Shown: positions 1-9,148 of the stretch, piece after piece
Numbering within the stretch: the first letter of the stretch is position 1
Layout: every line of letters begins with the position of its first letter
NCBI GenBank assembly: GCA_965263355.1
Contig: CBDHHL010000056.1
Location: forward strand, 1,760,001-1,824,000
DNA: 64,000 nt
Direction: 5' to 3'
Source: Leptolyngbyaceae cyanobacterium
GTDB taxonomy: Bacteria; Cyanobacteriota; Cyanobacteriia; Phormidesmidales; Phormidesmidaceae
Program-made: the position numbers and the translations under genes
The notes under the pieces: generated by a model
Told to the model about the DNA's origin: nothing
Seen by the model: only the letters and a program-made list of their open reading frames with translations
Databases searched by the model: none

Positions 1-382
1 GGACATTAACCTCTGCCTGCAAGCTATCGCGCTTTTGTTGCAGTGTCTCCAACTCCTGACGCATCGGCCTCAGGGAATTTTCTCTGAGATACTGCATTTC
101 TACCAGCAACCCCTGCAATACCTGGGACGCCGATTCTTCCATATCATCAGTTGTCGACTGAGAAGCCACAACCTTCCCTGTTCCTGGGTCGATCGGCCCC
201 CATCCCCCTGGAGACTCAAACAATTTGTCCAGGGATTGCAAATAGCTAAATAGCTTACTCAACAGTTGGCGCTGTCGATCAGCTTCCCTCGACCAACCCA
301 ACGGCAAACGAGCAGCTGGTTTAGCTAGGGTCGCTTCAATTTCAGCAATTAGGCGTTGGATTTGATCCTTTTGAGAAGTCAC
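1..382 (-). CDS. Hypothetical coiled-coil protein, N-terminal part (runs off the window edge)
   Basis: Manual translation from GTG at 382: MTSQKDQIQRLIAEIEATLAKPAARLPLGWSREADRQRQLLSKLFSYLQSLG...; divergent from the Crp gene; not in the ORF track because it is truncated. Confidence 0.7.
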   Translation of the reverse strand, partial: MTSQKDQIQRLIAEIEATLAKPAARLPLGWSREADRQRQLLSKLFSYLQSLDKLFESPGGWGPIDPGTGKVVASQSTTDDMEESASQVLQGLLVEMQYLRENSLRPMRQELETLQQKRDSLQAEVNV

Positions 383-997
383 AGTGCGGCCTTTCAACAA
401 CGAACTCTGCAAAGTAGAGGATACTTAGCCCAAGCATGGACACAGCACTCCTACCAATGGAATGCCCAAAGTGTAAAGCAGGCTGGCTAAAAAATCACAA
501 CTTCCTTCTATCTACAAGCATCCATAAAAAAATCCTGATGAAGCTATCAGGGGGCCTGTAAATCAAGATGGCAGTATGACAGCAGATGGAAGCCATCCTA
601 ATCGATGCAACCAAACCTGATACTTGAGATATGAAGTTAAGTTAACGAAATTTTCAGTGGGGGATGACACAGTCGTGCTGTAACCTGTTCTAGGCAAATC
701 AGAAACAAACTAAAACCAAACTGATCCTTCATGTTTCAGTGGCTAGCCATTTTAGCGATTAAACTATTTAGGCTATGAATATCTGTAGCTTAAATCAAAC
801 TTTAGCGTCTGAATCCGGAGAGCTTTAGCATATACTGAACGCTCTTAGATACCATTAGATGGCTGCAGAGTTATGGCGCTTTCTTAAATTTGTAAGGTTT
901 GCCAAACCCACAAGGTCTTAGCTAGATGATTACACCTGTCAACTGCCTGGCCTCTACCGTTCAACTTTTTTATTGTTATACCTGAGTCCACCCAACC

Positions 998-1717
998 GTG
1001 GCTTCCCCCCCTATGGACAGCAAATACGGTGCCCGAGATAATACAGCTGGTGAAAACCTCATCGCAACGGCCCCATTTTTCAAGGAATTACCTGAAGCTA
1101 CGGTTCAACAGGCAACTGCTCAGATTGTCACGCGACGTCACCCTGCAGGGCAAGTTTTGCTATTGGAAAACGACTGGGGTAACTCGGTCTATTTTATTTT
1201 GGATGGATGGGTTAAAATCCGTACCTACAATTTAGACGGTAAGGAAGTAACCCTAAATATTTTGGGCAAAGGGGAGCTATTTGGTGAAATGGCCCCCCTC
1301 GAAGAAGTCCCTCGTTCTACGGATGTGATTACGTTGGCGACCACCATGATTGGTAGCATGCCAGCTCAAGATTTTGTGAGTTTACTCAATAGTGAACCCC
1401 AAGCGGGCATTCGTCTGGCTAAGCTTATGGCGCGACGGTTACGTCAGGTTAATCGACGATTACGATTGAGAGAGTCCGACAGCCAATCTCGTGTGGCTGA
1501 TGTTCTACTTTTTTTAGCCGACGGTCAGGGTACCTTGGGGGCTCAGGGGGTAGAAATCCCTAACCTGCCCCACCGCGAACTTAGCAGTTTGAGTGGATTA
1601 GCAAGAGAAACGGTAACTCGAGTGTTGAGTAAACTAGAAAAGAAAGGGTTAATTACCCGAGAACGAGATGTCATTCGCATTCCATCGATCGATGCCTTAG
1701 ATCGTTTGCTTGTCTAG
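998..1717 (+). CDS. Crp/Fnr family transcriptional regulator (cNMP-binding domain + HTH)
   Basis: cNMP pocket motif FGEMAPLEEVPRS; C-terminal HTH LSSLSGLARETVTRVLSKL. Confidence 0.93.
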   Translation: MASPPMDSKYGARDNTAGENLIATAPFFKELPEATVQQATAQIVTRRHPAGQVLLLENDWGNSVYFILDGWVKIRTYNLDGKEVTLNILGKGELFGEMAPLEEVPRSTDVITLATTMIGSMPAQDFVSLLNSEPQAGIRLAKLMARRLRQVNRRLRLRESDSQSRVADVLLFLADGQGTLGAQGVEIPNLPHRELSSLSGLARETVTRVLSKLEKKGLITRERDVIRIPSIDALDRLLV

Positions 1718-1769
1718 ATATATCGTTCCTTCAATCTTAAAATCTTGGTTAGGGGTAATTCTTAGCACC

Positions 1770-2570
1770 ATGGGGCAACCAGACGACGAGTATCAGACCG
1801 AGACACCATCGTCGAAGTTGTCTAGTAGCAGCGGTTTCAATAACTTTGACGATATTGATTTAAACAGTCCATGGATTGAGGAGGAGGAGGAGCCTGTCCA
1901 ACTGCAAAATAAAACCATAACGGCTCCCAAGAATAAGGGACCTGTTGCGATGGTGGAAACCGCTTTTCTAGCTAGCGCAGCTAGTCTGATGTGGTTGATC
2001 AATTTATATTTTCCGCCTGGACCTTTGTTACGCATTTTGTTTCCAGTTCCCATTGCACTGGTATATCTGCGCTGGAACTATCGTTCTGCTTGGATGACTA
2101 CCCTTGTTTCAGGGTTACTGCTAGCTATCTTGATTGGGCCACCCCGCAGTCTTTTATATGTGATTCCTTACGGTTTGCTTGGTGTCCAGCTGGGATATCA
2201 TTGGCGACGTCAAACCTCTTGGTTGATTTCTTTGCCTGTAGGTGCATTCATCGTGACCTTAGGTATCTTTTTTCGGATCTGGCTGCTGTCATGGATGGCT
2301 GGGGAAGATCTCTGGGGCTACCTTGTTGCCCAGGTGATACAGCTGACGGACTGGCTCACCAATCGCTTGCTAGATTTTGGCCTGCTCGGCTTTGGGGTTA
2401 TTGGGCAGCTGAGTCCTGGGCTGATTCAAACTTTGGCAGTTTCTATGGTTTTTCTGAGCAGTGTTGTCTATTTGTTTACTGTCCACCTGACTGCTTGGAT
2501 CCTATTGGAACGGATGGGTATTCCTATATCATCACCGCCACAGTGGGTCCAGCAGATTCTGGAGGATTAA
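1770..2570 (+). CDS. DUF2232 (YybS-like) membrane protein
   Basis: MVETAFLASAASL..LFPVPIALVYLRW motif, several TM helices; ATG at 1770 preferred over 1710. Confidence 0.8.
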   Translation: MGQPDDEYQTETPSSKLSSSSGFNNFDDIDLNSPWIEEEEEPVQLQNKTITAPKNKGPVAMVETAFLASAASLMWLINLYFPPGPLLRILFPVPIALVYLRWNYRSAWMTTLVSGLLLAILIGPPRSLLYVIPYGLLGVQLGYHWRRQTSWLISLPVGAFIVTLGIFFRIWLLSWMAGEDLWGYLVAQVIQLTDWLTNRLLDFGLLGFGVIGQLSPGLIQTLAVSMVFLSSVVYLFTVHLTAWILLERMGIPISSPPQWVQQILED

Positions 2571-2585
2571 CACACCCCTCGCATT

Positions 2586-3743
2586 ATGTCGCCTCATCCT
2601 GCCCAACCTGGTCATTTAGTTGCCCACCATACCAACCTTCCAATTACCCAACGGTGGCAGCAACAATATCAAGGACTAAGGCCTTGTTATTGCTGTGTTT
2701 TAGGCTTTACTGAAACAGCGTTGGAACCCAATATTTCAGCGGCAGGCAATACACCTCAAGCGAGAATGACAACGGCTGTAGCCGATGCTGAATTTATCTA
2801 TGAGGGACCCAGTTCGGCCCCCCAGTATCCTCTGCCGTCACTAACGGCAGGGGTATCTCCAGCTATCCTCACAAGGGCCGTAGTGACAGGGCAAAACCTG
2901 CCAGTCTATTTGTTCAATACGGGATTGCCCCATAGCCCCAGCGTGCCTCACATCGATGTGGATGGAGCCATTGCCCATTGCGTTAGTTCTGGACATGCGC
3001 TGAGCCTTAATAAAGTCAAACAGTTGTTTGAAGCCGGGCTGCAATGGGGAGATACGCTAGGGCGTCGTTTTGCTCACAGCTACTTAGTGATTGGTGAATG
3101 CGTGGTTGCAGGCACAACCACAGCCCAAGCAGTCCTAACCGCCTTAGGGTTTAAGGTGGCTGGTCTAATGGGCAGCAGTCACGTGACTTGTAATCATGCT
3201 CAAAAAGCTGCGCTGATTAAAGCTGGATTGACAACTAGATCGATGGAGAGCAAGCATTGGAGTGTATGGGATGCGATCGCAGCCGTCGGCGATCCAATGC
3301 AACCATTCGTTCTGGGCATGGCTATTGCCGCCAGTCACCACAGTGGCGTGCTTCTCGCTGGCGGCAGCCAAATGATTGCCATTTACACCATGCTGCAGCA
3401 ACTAGACGGCAAATATCAATGGAACTCAAACAATATCGCTATTGGCACCACTCAGTGGATTATTAAGGATGCCACTAGCCAATTTCTTAATCTGGCCCAC
3501 ACCGTGCCAACGCCCCCCATTATGAGTAGCAAATTTTCATTTGAGCGCTCACACTACTCGCAATTCACCTTGTTTGAAAAAGGATATGTAAAAGAAGGTG
3601 TTGGTGCTGGCGGCTGCTTGATTGCAGCGCACTTATACCAGAACTGGCAACAAAATCAGATATTAGACATTACGGAAACATTGCTAGAAAGCTGCCTTAC
3701 AAGCCCAGCTACCCGCTTTCAAGGCCACCTTACCCAAAAGTAA
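2586..3743 (+). CDS. cobT: Nicotinate-nucleotide:lower-ligand phosphoribosyltransferase (cyanobacterial/archaeal CobT type)
   Basis: Motifs ISAAG.TP, GECVVAGTTTA, VGDPMQ, LLAGGSQM, GYVKEGVGAGG. Confidence 0.85.
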   Translation: MSPHPAQPGHLVAHHTNLPITQRWQQQYQGLRPCYCCVLGFTETALEPNISAAGNTPQARMTTAVADAEFIYEGPSSAPQYPLPSLTAGVSPAILTRAVVTGQNLPVYLFNTGLPHSPSVPHIDVDGAIAHCVSSGHALSLNKVKQLFEAGLQWGDTLGRRFAHSYLVIGECVVAGTTTAQAVLTALGFKVAGLMGSSHVTCNHAQKAALIKAGLTTRSMESKHWSVWDAIAAVGDPMQPFVLGMAIAASHHSGVLLAGGSQMIAIYTMLQQLDGKYQWNSNNIAIGTTQWIIKDATSQFLNLAHTVPTPPIMSSKFSFERSHYSQFTLFEKGYVKEGVGAGGCLIAAHLYQNWQQNQILDITETLLESCLTSPATRFQGHLTQK

Positions 3744-3835
3744 AATAGTGGTACCCATAATCAATCTAGCAATATCAACCGATCTAGCAATATTAACTAG
3801 GCTTACCCATCAGCTTTTGAAGTTGGCACACTACA

Positions 3836-4198
3836 CTAGTGGACTCGAAAGGCAAGCAACTGTTCTTCCAATGCCGCAATGCGGTTATAGGCAGCCGTCA
3901 ACTGAGCCGTCAAACGCTGCACCTGAATCTCTGGAGACAGCGACTGATTACCAGTCAACTGATCAATACCAAAGTGGGGCTCATCATTCAAAATATCCTT
4001 GTGATCAAAGGCCTCATCCAATCCGTTAACAACCATCCTTTCTGGAGGACTGACACCAAACTTAGGGTGACCAACATCACCAGTCATATCTTGACGCACT
4101 AACAAATCAGACACCTTGCCATCAATTTGCTCCAAAAGTTGATGCAACGTATCTACCCGATTTGACAAGTGCGCTACTTTTTCAGGACCAATTTCCAT
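3836..4198 (-). CDS. Conserved cyanobacterial coiled-coil hypothetical protein
   Basis: C-terminal LSPEIQVQRLTAQLTAAYNRIAALEEQLL and HKDIL motif. Confidence 0.8.
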   Translation of the reverse strand: MEIGPEKVAHLSNRVDTLHQLLEQIDGKVSDLLVRQDMTGDVGHPKFGVSPPERMVVNGLDEAFDHKDILNDEPHFGIDQLTGNQSLSPEIQVQRLTAQLTAAYNRIAALEEQLLAFRVH

Positions 4199-4860
4199 GA
4201 GCTAGCAAATCCTCAAATAACCTCTACATCCTAAGAACGCCCAACCAATGAAGAGGTCTTATTACTTATTGATTTAACCTTTTGTTGTCAAGAATGAAAT
4301 GATGAGGAGATTGAATACAAATAATTGACTTTAGTCTATTGTTATTTACATTTTCTTTACAATGTTGGTTTATTCAGACAAAAGTAAGGAAGATTCTATT
4401 AAACTGTGGCATACTTCAGCAAAAGTATCCTCAAGTTAGTAATTTCGTTCCTTCTCTTTAGAATTCCCTCTAAATCAAGACTTTTTAGGGCCTCCTTCTA
4501 AGACTTTTAGACCTTAATGGTGAGATATTAACTCCCCTTACATTAGGGAAATAGGCTATAATATGCAGTGCCTTGTGTACATTACGACGTACATTATTGC
4601 AGCAACTTTCTTTTGAGGTCGCTAATCTAGCAAGTAAATTTTAGGCATCTATTCTTGAATAGAGGTTTCAAATTAATTGCATAGGGTAGTATAAGTAAGC
4701 CTTAATAACGTAATCGGGATAACCGTTGAATGGTAAGGCTATCGATGAAAATGAGTGTTTTCAACGCCTTAGATTGGCTAAATTAGCTATCTTGGTTGGT
4801 GTCACAGGTCGCAGTGTATATCTAAAGTAGTAAGGAACTGTCGGGGGCAGTTGTTAATTA

Positions 4861-5547
4861 ATGTCACCCAAATCATCTATGACTGATACCACCGCGTTCG
4901 TTGCTGGCTGTGCAACGACTGGGGTAGCTGTTCTAGTTTTGCTATTAGCACGAGTTGGGTTCCAGACATCATCCTCCAAAGCAGAACAGCCAAGTTCTGC
5001 TAGTTTAGAAGCGGTCGTTCCTGTCCCTCAAACGCCTATACAGACAATTAATGAGGGCATTAACGACGATGTTAAACGGGAACTTGATCACCAGCGGGAC
5101 TTGACCGCTAAGCTAGAAAATCAGCTAGTGCAGCAGGAGATGCTAGCGCGTAATCTAGAAAATCAGCTCAAGCAGCAGCAGGAAGAAACTCGTGCTGTTT
5201 TATCTCAGCTGAGGGAATACCAGCGCTCAGTTGATACACTCTCTCTACAAAATGGCCAGTTAGCCGCCCAGTCTGCCCGAGACAACACAGCAAGTAATAA
5301 TGTTCAAACCATACTTCTATGGCTTGGTGGCGGGTTGCTGCTCGTGATGATCCTGGGGGGTGGGGCAATTATTCTATGCATGATTCTGGTATCTGGGCGA
5401 CGGCGGGAAGAACGGGCGGCACCAGTGATATATCCGTTTCAGATGCCTGTCCCCCCAGCTGGCTATCGGTATTACGAGCAGGAATTTTTGCCACCGCCTC
5501 CAGTCCGACATAAGCGGGCAAATGCGACCTACTACGATGTAGATTAG
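4861..5547 (+). CDS. PatN-like two-TM, Gln-rich coiled-coil membrane protein
   Basis: N-terminal hydrophobic AFVAGCATTGVAVLVLL, Gln-rich coiled coil, second TM WLGGG..GGG, Pro-rich tail with EFLPP ending YYDVD; same architecture as recalled for Nostoc PatN. Confidence 0.65.
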   Translation: MSPKSSMTDTTAFVAGCATTGVAVLVLLLARVGFQTSSSKAEQPSSASLEAVVPVPQTPIQTINEGINDDVKRELDHQRDLTAKLENQLVQQEMLARNLENQLKQQQEETRAVLSQLREYQRSVDTLSLQNGQLAAQSARDNTASNNVQTILLWLGGGLLLVMILGGGAIILCMILVSGRRREERAAPVIYPFQMPVPPAGYRYYEQEFLPPPPVRHKRANATYYDVD

Positions 5548-5775
5548 GCAATTGTTAGTTTTGCCATCGCTTACGCTATCTCCACTGTCAATAATTACTG
5601 GACCGTCATCGAGACGCACAATTCGACTAACAATACTAAACGGAGTGGCAGAATTAGGGAGTTCAAAGGTTGTGTTTATTTTGATATTCGCGGCTTCAGC
5701 AGGATGTGAAGTATAGAAAACTCCAACAATTGCAGCAAAAGCACAAGCTACTGTTGAGGTGAATTTTGTACTCAT
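5374..5775 (-). CDS. Possible small secreted protein or truncated remnant
   Basis: Clear Sec signal peptide (MSTKF...PAEA|A); the 3' 174 nt overlap the PatN-like gene antisense. Confidence 0.35.
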   Translation of the reverse strand: MSTKFTSTVACAFAAIVGVFYTSHPAEAANIKINTTFELPNSATPFSIVSRIVRLDDGPVIIDSGDSVSDGKTNNCLIYIVVGRICPLMSDWRRWQKFLLVIPIASWGDRHLKRIYHWCRPFFPPSPRYQNHA

Positions 5776-5971
5776 ACACTTAGTTCAAACTTCGAAACAA
5801 ATTCTTCGAGATTAGCTTTAAGATCGCACCCTCAAAACCGAATAGGTCCTGATTAATACGTACAGAGAGCTATTTCTTTAAATAGGATTTTATTCGGAGT
5901 CATCTACGCAAAAATACTGAATTCAAAAGCTTCGACCAATCAAAAAAATAAATACGTGAACAATTAATTAA

Positions 5972-6042
5972 AGGCGGCACCCAGATTCGAACTGGGGATA
6001 AAGGATTTGCAATCCTCTGCCTTACCACTTGGCCATGCCGCC
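5972..6042 (-). tRNA. trnC: tRNA-Cys(GCA)
   Basis: Reverse complement GGCGGCATGGCCAAGTGGTAAGGCAGAGGATTGCAAATCCTTTATCCCCAGTTCGAATCTGGGTGCCGCCT folds as a cloverleaf with GCA anticodon; CCA not encoded. Confidence 0.97.
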
Positions 6043-6106
6043 GAATTGCCGAATTTCAATATATCAAATTCTCGCCGCGTTCTAACTCAGATTCCAGGCA
6101 ATGGGT

Positions 6107-6988
6107 TTATCTGACGTTTACCAAAAGCTGTTGAATCATCCGATTGGCCTGGGCAGCGTAACCACCGCCAAACAGATTGAAATGATTGAGGATGTGATAC
6201 AGGTTGTAAAGAATTTTACGGGTAAGATAGCCGTCCGACAGTGGATACGCTACTTCATAGGCATCGTAAAAGGACTTTGGGAAACTACCAAAGAGTTCTG
6301 TCATGGCTAAATCGACTTCGCGATCGCCATAGTAGGTAGCAGGATCAAAAATAACGGGTTCCCCTGCAGCAGAGATGGCAGCATTTCCAGACCATAAATC
6401 TCCATGTACCAGGGAAGGCAGGGGATCATGACCAACCAATAGTTCAGGTAAGGCGGCAAGCAATGCTTCCTGTTGTGGAAAAGAACCGCCTCGCCGTTTG
6501 GCTAATCGAAACTGATAACCTAAACGCTGATCGCGCCAAAACATCAACCAACTTTCCTGCCAGTCATTAGGCTGATGGGTTTCGCCAATGGTGTTGGATT
6601 GATGCCAGCCAAAGCCGAGGTCGCTAGAAATGCGATGCATCGCCGCTAAATGCTCTCCCATGGTTGACCAGGCTGTGCTTCCACCACGCCCTAAATCTAA
6701 CCACTCCATGACAATGAAGGAATGCGAACCCGCCAGACCGCAGCAGACTGGCTTGGGTACGCGGATGGTCTGGCTGCCATACATTTCTTGGAGCCCGGCT
6801 AACTCTGCCTCAAACATAGCTAGTTTGCTAGCCTGATTGAGCTTGACAAAAAATGTAGTCTGGCCATCGCTCAAGCCATAGGCTTGATTAATACATCCTC
6901 CACCCACAGAACGACGTTGCGCTACCTGAAAGGTCTGCCCGGTAACTTGAGAGATCTGAGCAGCAACATCATTCCAAACATCAGCCAT
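6107..6988 (-). CDS. Fructosamine kinase family protein
   Basis: GGGCIN, FFVKLN, PSLVHGDLWSGN, FDPATYYGDREVDLAM motifs; ATG at 6988 preferred. Confidence 0.93.
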   Translation of the reverse strand: MADVWNDVAAQISQVTGQTFQVAQRRSVGGGCINQAYGLSDGQTTFFVKLNQASKLAMFEAELAGLQEMYGSQTIRVPKPVCCGLAGSHSFIVMEWLDLGRGGSTAWSTMGEHLAAMHRISSDLGFGWHQSNTIGETHQPNDWQESWLMFWRDQRLGYQFRLAKRRGGSFPQQEALLAALPELLVGHDPLPSLVHGDLWSGNAAISAAGEPVIFDPATYYGDREVDLAMTELFGSFPKSFYDAYEVAYPLSDGYLTRKILYNLYHILNHFNLFGGGYAAQANRMIQQLLVNVR

Positions 6989-7050
6989 ACCTTCTACACC
7001 CAAAATACGCAATTCATTCAATATCACGCCTAGAGTGTAAAGGACAAGCC

Positions 7051-8358
7051 TTAATTGGTCTCAGGATACAGTCGCAGTGCGCCATAGGCGGTGACTGGCA
7101 AGTAGCGTTTTACAGCCGCTTGAATGGATTCTGTATCAACTGTCTTAATCGCCGTTGGATAGTTTAGAGCATTTTCGATATCACCAGTCATAGCGTGATA
7201 GTAGCCATATATGCTGGCGCGATCGCTAGATGTTTCATTGCCAAACACATAGCGGTTAGCTACCTGAGTACGTACACGGCTAAGTTCCGCTTCACTGACG
7301 GGCTCATCATGGAGGCGCTGAATATGCTCTAAGACAGCCATCTCAACCACATCTAACTGTTCTCTACCCAAATGAGCTGACATATAGAAAACACCTTGCT
7401 CACCGTAGGTAATATTGCTAGTGGAAATACTATTTACCAGACCCCGGCTTTCCCTGAGGTCTTGTACCAGACGTGCCGTACGCCCCTGACCTAAAATTGA
7501 GGCGACTACATCTAATGCATAGGTTTCGGATAACTGCCGTAGTCCTGGCACACGCCAGCTCATCACTAGCCGAGCCTGCTGTAGGGTTGCATCGGTATAG
7601 TCAGCCCGAGCGATGGACTCAAATGGCGCTTCAGGGGTAGTCACCGGTACACCTTCTAAGGGTCCTGTCAAACCTGCGTGCCGACGATGGTCTAACGCCT
7701 GCTCAAAACTTTCTTCCACCGTGGAGATTAACTGCTCAATGGGCAAATCTCCTACGACCACAGCGGTCATATTTTGGGGCTGATACCAACGCCAGTGAAA
7801 ATCTCGCATTTGCTTGACAGAGAGGTTCTCAATGACGGATGTTGGTCCTAATACCGTCCGCCGATAGGGCAGTTGCTCAAAATTTAAGGCCATAGAATGC
7901 TGAAACACGCGTCGCCTTGGATTGTCTTCCGAGCGTCGAATTTCTTCTAAAATGACGGGCCGCTCCCGCTCAAAGTCACTGTCGCGAAGATGGGCATTGA
8001 GCAAAAGTTCTACTTGAAGCGGTGCTAGCTTAGCGAAATCTTTGGGGGCTGTCGTAATGTAATAGTGTGTATAGTCTTGACTGGTGGCTGCATTGGTAAT
8101 AGCACCACGCTCCTCAATCAGACGCTCAAATTCTCCACATCGGAGTTGAGGTGTGCCCTTAAAGATCATGTGCTCTAAAAAATGAGCCATGCCGTTAATA
8201 GCATCGGACTCTACTCGAGAACCGACACTGAGCCAAATGTTAAGGTTGACGGCAGCCGTTGGCATTTGTTCAGCGATAATTGTTAGACCATTAGCCAGTC
8301 GTTTTACAACGGGCTGATTGGTAATTTCGGATGAAGCCGATGTCACAACCATGGGCAA
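7051..8358 (-). CDS. M16 family (pitrilysin) zinc peptidase
   Basis: Inverted zinc motif GMAHFLEH, NAATSQDYT, ERPVILEE. Confidence 0.93.
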   Translation of the reverse strand: MPMVVTSASSEITNQPVVKRLANGLTIIAEQMPTAAVNLNIWLSVGSRVESDAINGMAHFLEHMIFKGTPQLRCGEFERLIEERGAITNAATSQDYTHYYITTAPKDFAKLAPLQVELLLNAHLRDSDFERERPVILEEIRRSEDNPRRRVFQHSMALNFEQLPYRRTVLGPTSVIENLSVKQMRDFHWRWYQPQNMTAVVVGDLPIEQLISTVEESFEQALDHRRHAGLTGPLEGVPVTTPEAPFESIARADYTDATLQQARLVMSWRVPGLRQLSETYALDVVASILGQGRTARLVQDLRESRGLVNSISTSNITYGEQGVFYMSAHLGREQLDVVEMAVLEHIQRLHDEPVSEAELSRVRTQVANRYVFGNETSSDRASIYGYYHAMTGDIENALNYPTAIKTVDTESIQAAVKRYLPVTAYGALRLYPETN

Positions 8359-8443
8359 ACTAAAATTTCATGATCATTCTATTTCTTATTCTAGTCATCT
8401 GGATACAGTAAAGTCTGGGTAAAAGCAACTAAGAGAAACTTCT

Positions 8444-9148
8444 ATGGGCACTTGGATCAAGGAAACAGATAAGGCTATCTATCTAATGCAGGGAGGATAC
8501 TACATTTCCAAAATTTCTAAGTATCCTTCCAAATCAAACCCAAACGAAAAAGTGCTCAATATCAGTGGCATGAAATCGTGGTTTAGGCGAGCGGATTCTC
8601 CTCGGGGGATGACTGTTTCTCAAACTGGACCTGAACCTAAACCGTTTCCACGACAGTCTACTACTCCAGTTGACTCCAATAGGTCATCTTCTAGTTCATC
8701 ACGACAAACAACTGCCAGCGGAGTGAACTTGATTAAGTCCTTTGAAGGGTTACGACTAAAGGCGTATCAAGATGCGGTTGGTGTGTGGACCATTGGTTAT
8801 GGTACAACCCGCGGCGTAAAACCAGGTCAAGCTATTAGTGAAGCTCAGGCTGAAGCATTGCTCAAGACCGATTTGAATAGATTTGAGCAGGCGGTGAATC
8901 AAGCGGTTCGAGTATCTATCAACGATAATCAGTTTGCAGCCTTAGTGTCGTTTGCTTATAACGTTGGTTCTGGTGCTCTACGTAGCTCTACGTTGCTAAA
9001 GAAGCTCAATCGTCGTGATATTTATGGAGCCGCCAACGAGTTTCCCCGCTGGAACCGAGCGGGTGGCAGAGTATTGGCTGGTTTGACTCGCCGTCGTAAT
9101 GCTGAGAGAGCACTATTTTTAGGACAAGACTATCGACGTTTTCTGTAA
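8444..9148 (+). CDS. GH24 phage-type lysozyme with unknown N-terminal domain
   Basis: FEGLRLKAYQDAVGVWTIGYGTT (E-x8-D-x5-T triad), NQFAALVSFAYNVG, GLTRRRNAE; about 65-aa N-domain plus Pro/Ser linker. Confidence 0.92.
   Translation: MGTWIKETDKAIYLMQGGYYISKISKYPSKSNPNEKVLNISGMKSWFRRADSPRGMTVSQTGPEPKPFPRQSTTPVDSNRSSSSSSRQTTASGVNLIKSFEGLRLKAYQDAVGVWTIGYGTTRGVKPGQAISEAQAEALLKTDLNRFEQAVNQAVRVSINDNQFAALVSFAYNVGSGALRSSTLLKKLNRRDIYGAANEFPRWNRAGGRVLAGLTRRRNAERALFLGQDYRRFL

Noticed and set aside
35..253. 72-aa plus-strand ORF
   Set aside because: Shadow of the more protein-like minus-strand CDS starting at 382
4575..4592. GTA...TAC palindrome upstream of the patN-like gene as an NtcA site
   Set aside because: Spacer is 10 nt rather than the required 8
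8444..9148. Prophage call based on the lysozyme
   Set aside because: No holin, structural, terminase or integrase genes nearby; flanked by housekeeping-type genes
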